Position numbers and translations under genes: made by a program. The notes beneath the pieces were generated by a model. That model did no database searches. It saw only the letters and a list, made by a program, of their open reading frames with translations, and was not told the DNA's origin. This document shows, piece by piece, positions 19,230 to 29,345 of a stretch of DNA of 64,000 bases. Origin of the DNA: a virus. Its lineage: Duplodnaviria > Caudoviricetes. The stretch lies in the IMG/VR virus record IMGVR_UViG_3300044712_000264, positions 1,023 through 65,022 of that record, one strand, 5' to 3'. How positions within the stretch are numbered: position 1 is the first letter of the stretch; each line of letters begins with the position of its first letter.

Positions 19230-20209
19230 GTTACACGCCACCGAACGGGGATGCTGCGAACTTCTCCTTTTATGGGGCGAGTGCATACACCGCTCCAGCG
19301 GGGAATGCTGCGAATTTCACGTTCTTTGTGGCCGTTAATGCCTCCGTCAACCTGTCAGGTGCATCGGTAACATCCTCAGCCGGGGCGGTTGTCGCCAAAG
19401 GTTACGCCAACGCTGCGGCTGCGGGATCGTCGGTAGCGACGGGTGCAGGCGCGGTAGCCGCCCAAGGAACCGCCAGTACCACGCTTTCCGGCGCGCAAGT
19501 CACAGCATCTGTAGGGGACATGTCGGCTCAGGGGGTGGAGATAGCCCTCGTGACAGGCTCTGAATGCGAGTCCGGCGCCGGTACGGTAACGGTTACCGGG
19601 GACGCAGCAGTACCTCTCCAGGGCACGGCGGCTACGGCAGCGGCGTATCCAGTATCCGCCCAGGCCGGAGCAGTTGGCACCCTCACCGGCGCTGAGGCTG
19701 TAGCAGCGGTTGGCACCCTCACAGGATCGGGTACCGGATCAACATCCGTCACAGGCACAGAGGCCACCAGCTCGGCGGGCACGGTTACGGCGCAGGGCAT
19801 TGCAGCCGCTGCGCCACCAGGCGTACAGACCCAGTCTGCAGCCGGCGCGCTAAGCGCTGTAGGCACAGCCAGCGTGACGCTGCAGGACTCACAAGGCCAA
19901 ACTGAGATCAGCGCAATGCTTGCGCTCGGTGAGGCGCGCGCGCTGCTGGCAGGTATCTCCGCAGCGGTTAGCGCAGGCTCAATGAGTGCCACCGGAGCGG
20001 CTCAGGCGCTGCTGGCCAGCATCGCCATCAGCTCGTCTGCTGGGCGGATAAACAGGTTCGACCCGGCTGCTGCGCGCACTGCCGCCGTCCCACCAGAGTC
20101 GCGCAGGATGGTGGTTGCAGCAGAGCCAAGAACACTACTTGTCGCCGCAGAAAGCAGGACTGCACCTGTTTTGCGCGAACACCGCACGCTGGTCGTGGCG
20201 GCAGCATAA
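19226..20209 (+). CDS. Ala/Gly/Thr-rich tail protein
   Basis: Repetitive A/G/T/V composition; duplicated N-terminal YTxPxGxAANFxF. Confidence 0.65.
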   Translation: MSYTPPNGDAANFSFYGASAYTAPAGNAANFTFFVAVNASVNLSGASVTSSAGAVVAKGYANAAAAGSSVATGAGAVAAQGTASTTLSGAQVTASVGDMSAQGVEIALVTGSECESGAGTVTVTGDAAVPLQGTAATAAAYPVSAQAGAVGTLTGAEAVAAVGTLTGSGTGSTSVTGTEATSSAGTVTAQGIAAAAPPGVQTQSAAGALSAVGTASVTLQDSQGQTEISAMLALGEARALLAGISAAVSAGSMSATGAAQALLASIAISSSAGRINRFDPAAARTAAVPPESRRMVVAAEPRTLLVAAESRTAPVLREHRTLVVAAA

Positions 20210-20218
20210 GGGGAACTG

Positions 20219-21442
20219 ATGGACATCAAACAGTTCTCGGGCCTGGCAAACAAGGTAGCGCAAGAGGCCATCCCTCTAGGCGCCCTCACCGCTGCCACCA
20301 ACACAGACATCGACAACGCCGGGAAACTGCGCCGCCGCCGTGGCACCACGCTCATAAGTGCCGGTGGGTTCCACAGCCTGTTCGCAGTCTCCGACACAGA
20401 AGGCTATGCCGTCAAAGATGGCGACCTGTGCCGGTTCTCGCAGTCCATGGCCCTAGACGTCATCGCCCAAGGAGTCGGTGACGACCCGTTGTCTTACGTA
20501 CGCGTGGGCGACCGCATCTACGCCAAATCCCGCACCCAGGCGCTGACATTCGCGGCACAGGGCATGGCCCAACAGTGGGGTGTCCCGCTCGTCCCTGGGT
20601 TCGCCGTCGCCCCCATAGGCAGCGCAACAGTCAGCGCACGTCTGGTGGCCTTGACGTACCGCAGGGACTCGGATGGGCTGGAAGGTGGTGTGGTCGACAC
20701 CAGGATCGTCTACGGCGATGCGGTTGCGATCTCATCTATCCCGACAGTCTCAGGGCACACCGCTTCGATCTACATGACGGCCCCGAATGGCGAAACGCTG
20801 CTGCTGGCGGCGGAAGGAGTCATCGGCGCCATCAATGTGTACCCGGACGCCATCAGGGACGTACCGCTGCGCACACTGAACAAGACGCCGCCGACTGGTC
20901 CTGGCCCGCTTGCGTGGCTATTCGGGCGGATTCTGCTGGCCGACGGCAATGTGCTGTGGGAGACGGACCCGTACCAGTACGAGCTGGTGGACGCCGTCGG
21001 AGGGTACAAGCTGCTGGAGTCCGAGATCACATTCCTCGGAGGCGTCAGCGATGGCGTGTTCATCGGCACACAGACGGGCGTGTTCTTCATGGGCGGCACG
21101 TTCGACGCAGCGCAACTAACACGGGTATCCACTCGCCGCGCTCCGAACCAACAACCACAGCAGATCGACATGTCTGACGTGCTCAAAGGCGACGCCCCCG
21201 GCGTTGGCGTCCTCTTCCTCACCGATGGAGGTGTGTGCGTCGGTATGCCGGGAGGTCAGCTGGTGAATCTGACCAACAAGATTTTTGAATTTCCAAAGGC
21301 CGAGTCCATGAGCGTGATGGTGCGCGCACAGGACGGCATGAACCAGTTTGTTGGGGTGGCATCACACCCCGGATCACCTACCGGCTCCGCACGGTTTGGC
21401 GATTTTGTTGATGCGGAGATTGTCAGATTTAGGGGTAATTGA
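20219..21442 (+). CDS. Tail nozzle/tubular protein-like
   Basis: FSGLAN..ATNTDIDNAGKLRRRRG N-terminus; beta-propeller-like repeats. Confidence 0.6.
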   Translation: MDIKQFSGLANKVAQEAIPLGALTAATNTDIDNAGKLRRRRGTTLISAGGFHSLFAVSDTEGYAVKDGDLCRFSQSMALDVIAQGVGDDPLSYVRVGDRIYAKSRTQALTFAAQGMAQQWGVPLVPGFAVAPIGSATVSARLVALTYRRDSDGLEGGVVDTRIVYGDAVAISSIPTVSGHTASIYMTAPNGETLLLAAEGVIGAINVYPDAIRDVPLRTLNKTPPTGPGPLAWLFGRILLADGNVLWETDPYQYELVDAVGGYKLLESEITFLGGVSDGVFIGTQTGVFFMGGTFDAAQLTRVSTRRAPNQQPQQIDMSDVLKGDAPGVGVLFLTDGGVCVGMPGGQLVNLTNKIFEFPKAESMSVMVRAQDGMNQFVGVASHPGSPTGSARFGDFVDAEIVRFRGN

Positions 21443-21443
21443 A

Positions 21444-21953
21444 ATGCATTGTGATAACGAGACACGTCTGGCAATGTCAGGCAAATACATCGGCCAGATC
21501 ATCCGTAAGGGTGAGGTCATCGACCAGTTCGAGTTCGACAACCTAGTCGTCGATCAGGGTCTGAACTACGCGCTCAATGCGTCGTTCGGTCAAACCTCGG
21601 CGCTGAGCAGCTGGTACATCGGTCTGTTCGAGGGTAACTACACCCCTGTGGCTGGAGTGACTGCAGCGACCATTGCCGGGCTGGCGACAGAGACTACGGC
21701 CTACACCTCGGGCACACGCCCCGCGTGGACCACGGTGTCGGCTACTGCCAAGTCACTCACCAACGGCGCCAGTCGTGCGAGCTTCACGTTCAACGCCACG
21801 AAGACGATCTACGGAGCATTCTTGGTTTCCAGCAGCACCAAGAGCGGAACGAGCGGCACGCTGTTCAGTGCGGCACGCTTCACGACGGCTAAGACAGTCG
21901 ATTCCGACGATGAGCTGCTCGTCACCTACGTTCTGACAGCAGCTGACGCATAA
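21444..21953 (+). CDS. Tail structural protein
   Basis: NLVVDQGLNYAL..WYIGL..TIYGAFL..GTLFSAARF. Confidence 0.65.
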   Translation: MHCDNETRLAMSGKYIGQIIRKGEVIDQFEFDNLVVDQGLNYALNASFGQTSALSSWYIGLFEGNYTPVAGVTAATIAGLATETTAYTSGTRPAWTTVSATAKSLTNGASRASFTFNATKTIYGAFLVSSSTKSGTSGTLFSAARFTTAKTVDSDDELLVTYVLTAADA

Positions 21954-21964
21954 GGGAGCAACCC

Positions 21965-22393
21965 ATGGCATCAAGTGGATTTGTATTCAACTCTGCCATG
22001 CGCGACGAAGCGCTTGGCAACATCACCTACAACAACGACTCCTTCAAGGTCATGCTGCTGACATCAACAGCGACGCCGAACAAGGATACGTGGACGCGGC
22101 GCAGCGATGTTACCAACGAGGTGACAGGCTCTGGATATAGCGCTGGGGGTACGGCCTGCACGGTTACGGTGGGGGCGACAGACACCACCAATGACCGGGT
22201 GGACACTTCCCTCGGCGCTGTGACATGGCCAGCATCTACCATCACTGCCCGCTACGCGATTTACTACAAGACACGGGGTGGGGCGTCGAGCGCTGATGAG
22301 CTGATCGCGTGTGTGGATTTTGGGCAGGACGTGTCTACCATCTCTGACACGTTCAGCCTGACAGCCAGCACGCTGCGTAAGACCAACCCTTAA
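21965..22393 (+). CDS. Tail structural protein (paralog of 17864-18328)
   Basis: FKVMLL..NEVTGSGYSAGG..TITARYAIYY..DFGQDV; GGGAG SD. Confidence 0.65.
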   Translation: MASSGFVFNSAMRDEALGNITYNNDSFKVMLLTSTATPNKDTWTRRSDVTNEVTGSGYSAGGTACTVTVGATDTTNDRVDTSLGAVTWPASTITARYAIYYKTRGGASSADELIACVDFGQDVSTISDTFSLTASTLRKTNP

Positions 22394-22405
22394 CCGTAGA
22401 ACGCA

Positions 22406-25400
22406 ATGGCTGACGGCGCGGTTGTAACGGTCCATGTTGTCTTGCTCCCAGGCGAGGCGCTCAATCTCGATCTATTCCACACGGGGTTTAAGTACGGGAG
22501 CGACACATCGTGGTCGTTTAGCTGCGAGGACGAGGTAGGCTACGGCTACGCCACGGAGGACAGCGAAAGCGCGTATTTCCCTACGGGGGCCATGTTCCTG
22601 ACGTACGGTGCCGCCAACGCAGACACCGTCCACAAGTTCGGGAGTACGTCTATTTTCTTTCCCGCCGGGGTGTATCAGGAGCTTCCGTCGGGGTCAGGGA
22701 CCATCGCCGCGTATGCCGATTTCACTCTGGAGTTCTTTTTGAACTTCGCGTCCATGGCGAACGACACCTCCGTTATAGATGGCAGCGGGGTGTACATATA
22801 CGAGCGAAATGGCATCCTGTACACCCCGCCAGGGGTTTCCCCAGCTATGTCCACGGCCACGTGGTACCACGTGGCTGTCTGTCGGAAGGCGAACGTCATC
22901 CGGTACTTCCTGAATGGCGTAAAGTTTGCCGAAGGTGTAAGCACAGCCGCGCTGTCCATAACCCAATTCGGCGCTGTGGCGGTACGCGGGTCGTTCTACA
23001 TCGACTCGGTTGGGTTTTCCAGCCACTACGGGCACTACGACGGCAGTGGGTTCATCGCCCCAATCCTACCGTTCTACAACCCACCGTCATCGAGCGGCGT
23101 GCGCATGACGGTCATTTGTGCGTTCACCCCCGCTGAGGCGAGCGGATCGCGCATAACGCCAGCAGAGGCAGACGGACAGTGGGCGCGCACGGTCCTGCTA
23201 CTTAGCGGCGGGGGCACGGTAGGGTCAAAGGCAATCGTGGACGCCAAAGGGCGGCTGATCTACAACCAGGCCGATACCGTGTACACGGACGCGCACAAGA
23301 AGTTCGCGCCCACAAGCCTGTATTTCAACGGCACCTCGGCCAAGCTGGCAATGGTCGCCGCGCGTAACCTGGACCTCGTTGACGGCGACTTCACTATCGA
23401 GTTCTGGATATACCCGACCAGGATACAGACCTCAGCGCTGATGGCCAAGTGGAACGGCAACGGCGTCAGCGCCCGGAGCTACGCCCTCTACATGACCGCA
23501 GAGGGGGTGATCAGCTTCAAGTTCTACGACGGCCCCTCCAACACCGATACCACTATCCTCAGTACAGAGGCACTGAGCGTCAACACGTTCTCGTTCGTGG
23601 CAGTCTGCCGCTATGGGGACGACTACCGCGTGTTTGTGAACGGCTCAAGCGGTCCGGTAGTGACTACGACCAAGACACCGTACCGGTACACCTCCAGAAC
23701 ATACGGCGACAGCACGACCTGGGACACGCATGTAGTCATCGGGGCTGGGTCGGCTGACGGGTCAGGCCCCGGCGAATATTTTCAGGGGTACCTTGAGGAC
23801 TTCCGTGTCACTAACGGGTTTGCCCGATATACGACGGACCCTCACGCAGTGCCATCAACGGCTTTTCTCCCGCGCGGGTCGGGCAGCGACGGAGACCCAT
23901 ACTGGGGGCAAGTGGCGCTGCTGTGCCACTTCGATGAGCCGAATGGCGCGGTGTCGAACCTTCGGGATGCCAAAGGGCACCCGCTGTACGCCTCCGGGGG
24001 GTACGTCACCAGTTTTGGGCTTTATGGCGGGAGTTTTTACGATGGCGGTGGAACGCTACGCACCCCATACGGGGCAGAGTTCGACCTCTCCATGGGTGAC
24101 TTTACTATCGAGTTGTGGGGTGCCGAGCTAGCAACTGGCGTTGTCGCTGGGAATTCGTACAACCAGGGGTCTAAAGGCTGGCAGATTAGCGTAGATAAAA
24201 ACGATGCCGACCCGGCGAATGAGAGGCTTCGGGGCTACCTGAAGTGGACGCAGTGGGACGAAAACGGCGTGCAGGACATCGCCATCAGCACGCTGTACCC
24301 TTTCTACCACGACAATGTGTATGGTGGGGCAAAACGCTGGTGGCACATAGCCGTCGTGCGTAAAGACTACGACGTGACGTTGTTTGTCGATGGGGTGGGG
24401 GCCACGACAGCTATCCCCCGGCTACCTGCGTACTCCGAGGCTGATGTGTACCTCTGTTCGTACCCAGGCAGTCGTGGCTTTGGCTACATTGACGAGCTGC
24501 GCTTCACACGTGCCGCCCGCTACCCGAGTACCGGCTACAAAGTTCCGGCTGGCAAGCTACCAGAGACAGCGTTCAGCTACGGCGCGGCTGTATCCACGAT
24601 TGTGCATAGCTTCATACCAGCCAGCGCAAAGTCTGCCGTGACCATAGATGGGGTAGTGGCGTCATTTGTACACTCGGTCATACCCCCGCTAATCATCGGT
24701 CAACCGTCGGCCTATGGCCCGACCATGGAGCATGCATACTCGCTGGTGGCACCGACCATCACCGGGGGGGAAGGCATCCCCGAGGATGTGGCGTTCTCTG
24801 TAGCTATCAACACCCGGCAGGCGCACAGCCATGCTCAGGTGTTCTATGTGGACGATACGGTTGTCGCGCAAGCAGCGAAAGGCGTTTCGATCCGGTTCGG
24901 GATTACGGACACTGCATCGGCGGCAATGTACTCTGTAGGGTTGACTGACGGTATTCAGGTGGGTGAAAGTGCCCCGCTGGTCACGTACAAAACGCGGGCT
25001 TTGGGCGAGGCGATAGACTTCGCGGATAGCACCCCAGTCGGCGTGGTTGGGGTCGTCATAGCTGTAGAACTTGCAGTCTCGGATGCCCCGGCGCCCGCAT
25101 TCCACAAGCTGCTTACCCAGACACTGGCGGCGTCTGACACCGCACACACCCGGCAAACAACAGGTGCCACTGACTCCATAGGGGTCAGTGCTGCGCCTGC
25201 TTACGCTGGGCACAAGACCGCTTCTGATGGTGTTGCATTCACATCGACTGTGGCACGCCGTGCTGGGTTCGTCACGACGCTGGCAGAAACGGTCGAAGTC
25301 AGCGACGCACCGGCGACGGACGTGCTCCTGTACGCGACGGTTAGCGAGGACGTGGCCCTGGCCGATGCACCTGCGCAGACGCTGCTGTTCCAGGCCATCG

Positions 25401-25897
25401 TGCGGGAGCACGTGCAGCTCAAAACATTCTTCGCGTCGCCCGCGTACACCACCTGGGCGATGAACACCAGGAACGCTGCCGTTACCCAGTACACAGGCTA
25501 CAACTTCAACAGCTTCGCCAAGATGGGCGAGCGCTACATGGGCGCGAACGACCAGGGCTTGTACTGGCTTGATGGTGACGACGACGCAGGGCGTGACATA
25601 AAGAGCCGGATCACAACGGGCGTCATCCAGCCGAACGGCAACAAGCTCTCGGGGGTGCAGTATGCCTACCTGGGGATGCGCGGCGACGGGGAATTCATCG
25701 TCACGGTGACAGACGAGGCCGGTGGGTCGTACAACTATACGCTTACCGGCTCCAGCATGGAGACATCGAGAGTCGCTTTTGGGCGAGGGTTCAAAACCCG
25801 CTATTTCACCTTTTCGCTGGAGTCTCAGGGTCAGGACTTCGACCTGGACAGCGCTGAGTTCGTCACCACTGAGATGGCGCGAAAGGTTCAGCGATGA
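22406..25897 (+). CDS. Large tail fibre/receptor-binding protein with three LamG-like modules
   Basis: Three DFT(L/I)E..W.H(V/I)AV..(D/E)..R modules; C-terminal WAMNTRNAAVTQY domain. Confidence 0.75.
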   Translation: MADGAVVTVHVVLLPGEALNLDLFHTGFKYGSDTSWSFSCEDEVGYGYATEDSESAYFPTGAMFLTYGAANADTVHKFGSTSIFFPAGVYQELPSGSGTIAAYADFTLEFFLNFASMANDTSVIDGSGVYIYERNGILYTPPGVSPAMSTATWYHVAVCRKANVIRYFLNGVKFAEGVSTAALSITQFGAVAVRGSFYIDSVGFSSHYGHYDGSGFIAPILPFYNPPSSSGVRMTVICAFTPAEASGSRITPAEADGQWARTVLLLSGGGTVGSKAIVDAKGRLIYNQADTVYTDAHKKFAPTSLYFNGTSAKLAMVAARNLDLVDGDFTIEFWIYPTRIQTSALMAKWNGNGVSARSYALYMTAEGVISFKFYDGPSNTDTTILSTEALSVNTFSFVAVCRYGDDYRVFVNGSSGPVVTTTKTPYRYTSRTYGDSTTWDTHVVIGAGSADGSGPGEYFQGYLEDFRVTNGFARYTTDPHAVPSTAFLPRGSGSDGDPYWGQVALLCHFDEPNGAVSNLRDAKGHPLYASGGYVTSFGLYGGSFYDGGGTLRTPYGAEFDLSMGDFTIELWGAELATGVVAGNSYNQGSKGWQISVDKNDADPANERLRGYLKWTQWDENGVQDIAISTLYPFYHDNVYGGAKRWWHIAVVRKDYDVTLFVDGVGATTAIPRLPAYSEADVYLCSYPGSRGFGYIDELRFTRAARYPSTGYKVPAGKLPETAFSYGAAVSTIVHSFIPASAKSAVTIDGVVASFVHSVIPPLIIGQPSAYGPTMEHAYSLVAPTITGGEGIPEDVAFSVAINTRQAHSHAQVFYVDDTVVAQAAKGVSIRFGITDTASAAMYSVGLTDGIQVGESAPLVTYKTRALGEAIDFADSTPVGVVGVVIAVELAVSDAPAPAFHKLLTQTLAASDTAHTRQTTGATDSIGVSAAPAYAGHKTASDGVAFTSTVARRAGFVTTLAETVEVSDAPATDVLLYATVSEDVALADAPAQTLLFQAIVREHVQLKTFFASPAYTTWAMNTRNAAVTQYTGYNFNSFAKMGERYMGANDQGLYWLDGDDDAGRDIKSRITTGVIQPNGNKLSGVQYAYLGMRGDGEFIVTVTDEAGGSYNYTLTGSSMETSRVAFGRGFKTRYFTFSLESQGQDFDLDSAEFVTTEMARKVQR

Positions 25898-27486
25898 GCC
25901 TGCTACCGGCCTTCTTTATCAACGGAGAAGCCCGGAAAACCGTCGTACACGTCAACGGCGGGGTTGAGCTTGCGAACACCCGTTGGGGGCAGTTCGCGCA
26001 CGCTTATCACCTGTACCTCGATTCCGTGGTGCGCAACGCAACGCACCAGTCGCCCAGCCACACCTACGTGTTACCCGGCGGCGACACGATGACCGTCACC
26101 ACCGAAGGTGACACGGACCACGTGCTGCTGACGGTGGGTGACAAGTCAGAAACGTCCCAGCTGGAAACACCGCAAAAGGCCCTACAGGGGTTCCTCGTCG
26201 TCCCGATGAACGAGAACAAGACCGGGCCGGACAGAGCAAAAGCGCGGCTGTACTCGTTCGGCTTTGACGCGACCAACTTCTCCTCTGGGGCGGCTGCTGG
26301 CATGTACGCAGGCAACACCAGGAAGCATGATGGCGTCGGCAAGTATTTCACCTGGGACGGTACCGGCGGCGGCGACATGGCGCATGAGCCGTTTGACAGG
26401 ATCACCAGCACATCAGGCTACCTGCAGAACCCGAACGCTTACGCACAGCCCTACGCCGCGCTGTCTGGGTGGGTGTACTGTGACGGGATCGGGTATCAGT
26501 TGCTGAATGGCCAGATCCATGGCATGCGGGTCCGGGGGGGCGACATGCTGATTGCCGACTTCAACGGCAGCACCGTGCGGATACACTCAGCGAAGATACT
26601 GCGCAAGAACAATTCCACAGAGGTCGCTGACGTCAAATATGACCGCATGCTTGGCACGGCAACTGTGAACGGGAAGGCACCGGTCAATTTCAGCCAGAAC
26701 ATGAAGATGTGCGTCGTCGGAGACACCATCATCAACATCGAGGCGCCGTTCGCTGCGCAGCGGGTGTTCCCTACCCAGACGATACCGACGTCGGATGACT
26801 ATAAGGTGGTGCGCTCTGGGTACGCAGGTAACGCTCTGTACCTCACAACCCGCAAAACAACCCGCACGGGGGCGATGTCGAATTTCAGCCCACACGACGC
26901 TGCGGAGTACGGGCCACCAGACAGCAACTACGGCCCCATAGACACACACGGGCATGTTGAGTACAGCTACGAATACTTCGAGATTGCCTATTTCACGCCA
27001 GATAACACTGTGTCCACTCCCGCTTGGACGGGGAAGCTGATCAAGGACAACCACTCCACCATCATTAAGAAGCCGGTGATTGTCTTTCAGGGCATCTTCC
27101 CGACGACTGTGTTCGCGTGGTTGCGCACGGTAAGTGTCACAACCGTCGAGGACACCAATCGGCTGTATTGGTACAAGGACTACGACACAGGCGACTTCGT
27201 GCGCCTGAACTGGTCCGTCGGCTACGTTTCGACAGTGCAGCACGAGGATTACGGCATCCCAGAGCCGTTTGAGTCAGCTGTAGCCGTAGGGCGCGGGCTG
27301 AACGTCGGCGGGTACGTGGTCGAGGGGAACAACAGCCCGAGTAACTGGCTCTATGCCGTGACGAACAGCAAGGGAGATTACATCCTGCGCACTGCCCCGA
27401 ACGGGCAGAAGTCTGACGCACTGCTGGTATCGAGAACTGGGCAGACGGTACGGGTCAAAGACACGTACTCAGTCGGAATAATTTAA
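25894..27486 (+). CDS. Tail-associated hypothetical protein
   Basis: ATGA-coupled 530-aa beta-rich ORF. Confidence 0.6.
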   Translation: MSLLPAFFINGEARKTVVHVNGGVELANTRWGQFAHAYHLYLDSVVRNATHQSPSHTYVLPGGDTMTVTTEGDTDHVLLTVGDKSETSQLETPQKALQGFLVVPMNENKTGPDRAKARLYSFGFDATNFSSGAAAGMYAGNTRKHDGVGKYFTWDGTGGGDMAHEPFDRITSTSGYLQNPNAYAQPYAALSGWVYCDGIGYQLLNGQIHGMRVRGGDMLIADFNGSTVRIHSAKILRKNNSTEVADVKYDRMLGTATVNGKAPVNFSQNMKMCVVGDTIINIEAPFAAQRVFPTQTIPTSDDYKVVRSGYAGNALYLTTRKTTRTGAMSNFSPHDAAEYGPPDSNYGPIDTHGHVEYSYEYFEIAYFTPDNTVSTPAWTGKLIKDNHSTIIKKPVIVFQGIFPTTVFAWLRTVSVTTVEDTNRLYWYKDYDTGDFVRLNWSVGYVSTVQHEDYGIPEPFESAVAVGRGLNVGGYVVEGNNSPSNWLYAVTNSKGDYILRTAPNGQKSDALLVSRTGQTVRVKDTYSVGII

Positions 27487-27495
27487 GGGGGAGAT

Positions 27496-29343
27496 ATGGG
27501 TAATGGAGTTCCAATAGCAGACGTAACCAGCGGTATAAACGTCATCACAGAGGCGAGAAACAACGGGGTCACGCTGGTGAATTCACTGCTCGGCCAGATA
27601 AACAGGTTCTCAGGGGATCTGGCGAGCTATGGCAGCCAGTTTAGGGAGTCTGTTGGGAGCGTGTCGATAAACATCGCTCCACCGGCTGCGCCCGCCATGA
27701 ACGCGCCGCCCGCGCCAGTCGCGTTTACCCCATCGCCGCTGGACTTCGGGTCTGAGCCACCGCTCACAACCCCTGAGAGCGTCCCCACGCTCACGCTGCC
27801 GACGAAGCCGACAAACAGCATCGGGTATGTCCCGAGCATTCCGGGGCCGTTCGACACTATGGCCCCTGGGAGTGCGCCGGGGATCACGTTGCCGACGCTA
27901 CCGTCCAGGCCGCAGCTGGACCAGCCCACCAGGCCGTTGCTGGAGGTTCCGCGTATCTCTGCCTTCATTGGGGTGAAGCCGACGTACTCGATAATCAGCG
28001 AAATGCCCGAGGCGTTCAAAGGGGAAATCGTGACGTATGTGGAGCCAGCGGATAACGCTGTGTCTACTGCGCTGTGGGACCACCTTACCCTACTCAAGAA
28101 CCGGGTGCAGGCCGGAGGGACGGGCCTTCCGGCGGCCATCGAGGGTGCTATCTGGAGCCGTGCGGCTGACCGAGAACGAGGGCTTGCGCTCGGGGCTGAG
28201 ACAGATGCGCTACGCCAGGATGCGGCGCGTGGGTTCCACACCCCGACCGGTGCGGCCCAGGCGAAACTGCTGCAGGTCAGGAACGAGTACGGCAGCAAGA
28301 TGATCTCCCTCGGTCGTGATGTGGCCATCAAACAGGCTGAGCTGGAGATTGCGAATATCCAGAAGGCGCTGGAGCAGATCATCCCTATGGAGCAGCTGCT
28401 CGTCACGCACGAGAACGAGGCCCGGCGCAGGGCACTGGATGCGGCCACGCAGGCGAACACCGCCGCTGGGCAGATATATGACATCTACATGCGCGGCTTC
28501 CTTGGGGGCCAGGAGAGTCGCAAGATCGGTCTGGGCATTTACCAGGGTGAGATCCAGGCGTACGAGGCTGAGACCCGTGCGTATTCCGCGCTGATAGATG
28601 CCGAGCGCGCGAAGACAGACATCAACAAGGCACTGATTGAGCAGTACACCGCCGAGATCGGCGTGAATGCACAGCTCATCGAGATGTACAAGACGGAGGT
28701 GGATGCTGCGGTTGCTGCCGGGCGTCTGGAAGAGCTCAAGCTGAAGATGTTTGAGCTCGAAATTACCGCGTTCGAGGCCCAGACCAAAACCTACATCGCC
28801 CTGCTGCAGGGCAAAACCGCCGAGGCGCAGATTTACGGCGAGCGCGTGCGGGCTTACCAAGCCGAACTGCAAGGGTATAGCGCAGAGGTCGAGGCGGCGA
28901 CGAGAGTGCACCAGAGCCTGGTCGAGCGGTTCAAGCTGCAACAAGGCACTGACCAGTTGCGCGTCGAGATGTACAAAGCCCGCGTGGACGCAAACGCGTC
29001 AAAAGCAAAGGCGGAAACGGATTTCGCTGCAGTGAACAACCAGGCCAACTCGACCTACGCCCAGGCCATTGCCTCGTTCAACGCGATACAGGCGAAGGTG
29101 TGGGAAGCATCTACCCAGGCTCACATCAGTGCTCAGACCGCTGCTGCCCAGGTGGCGAAGATGAACCTGGATGCGGTCCAGGCATCGAAGGCGTTGTCCC
29201 AGGACGCGACGAAGGCCGCGTCGCAGGTATACGCGCAGCTTATCAGCTCGGCGCTCAGCCAGCAGCACTACAGCGTCAGCGCTTCGGGAAGCTCCAGCCT
29301 TGGAGCGAACCTGTCCGAGAGCCACAGTTTTTCAGGAGAATAA
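27496..29343 (+). CDS. Coiled-coil virion/ejection protein
   Basis: Pro-rich N-half, GGTGLPAAIE..IWSRAADRE, long helical heptads. Confidence 0.65.
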   Translation: MGNGVPIADVTSGINVITEARNNGVTLVNSLLGQINRFSGDLASYGSQFRESVGSVSINIAPPAAPAMNAPPAPVAFTPSPLDFGSEPPLTTPESVPTLTLPTKPTNSIGYVPSIPGPFDTMAPGSAPGITLPTLPSRPQLDQPTRPLLEVPRISAFIGVKPTYSIISEMPEAFKGEIVTYVEPADNAVSTALWDHLTLLKNRVQAGGTGLPAAIEGAIWSRAADRERGLALGAETDALRQDAARGFHTPTGAAQAKLLQVRNEYGSKMISLGRDVAIKQAELEIANIQKALEQIIPMEQLLVTHENEARRRALDAATQANTAAGQIYDIYMRGFLGGQESRKIGLGIYQGEIQAYEAETRAYSALIDAERAKTDINKALIEQYTAEIGVNAQLIEMYKTEVDAAVAAGRLEELKLKMFELEITAFEAQTKTYIALLQGKTAEAQIYGERVRAYQAELQGYSAEVEAATRVHQSLVERFKLQQGTDQLRVEMYKARVDANASKAKAETDFAAVNNQANSTYAQAIASFNAIQAKVWEASTQAHISAQTAAAQVAKMNLDAVQASKALSQDATKAASQVYAQLISSALSQQHYSVSASGSSSLGANLSESHSFSGE

Positions 29344-29345
29344 AG

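Noticed and set aside
17577-27486. Diversity-generating retroelement acting on tail fibres
   Set aside because: No reverse transcriptase and no TR/VR pair differing at adenines noticed
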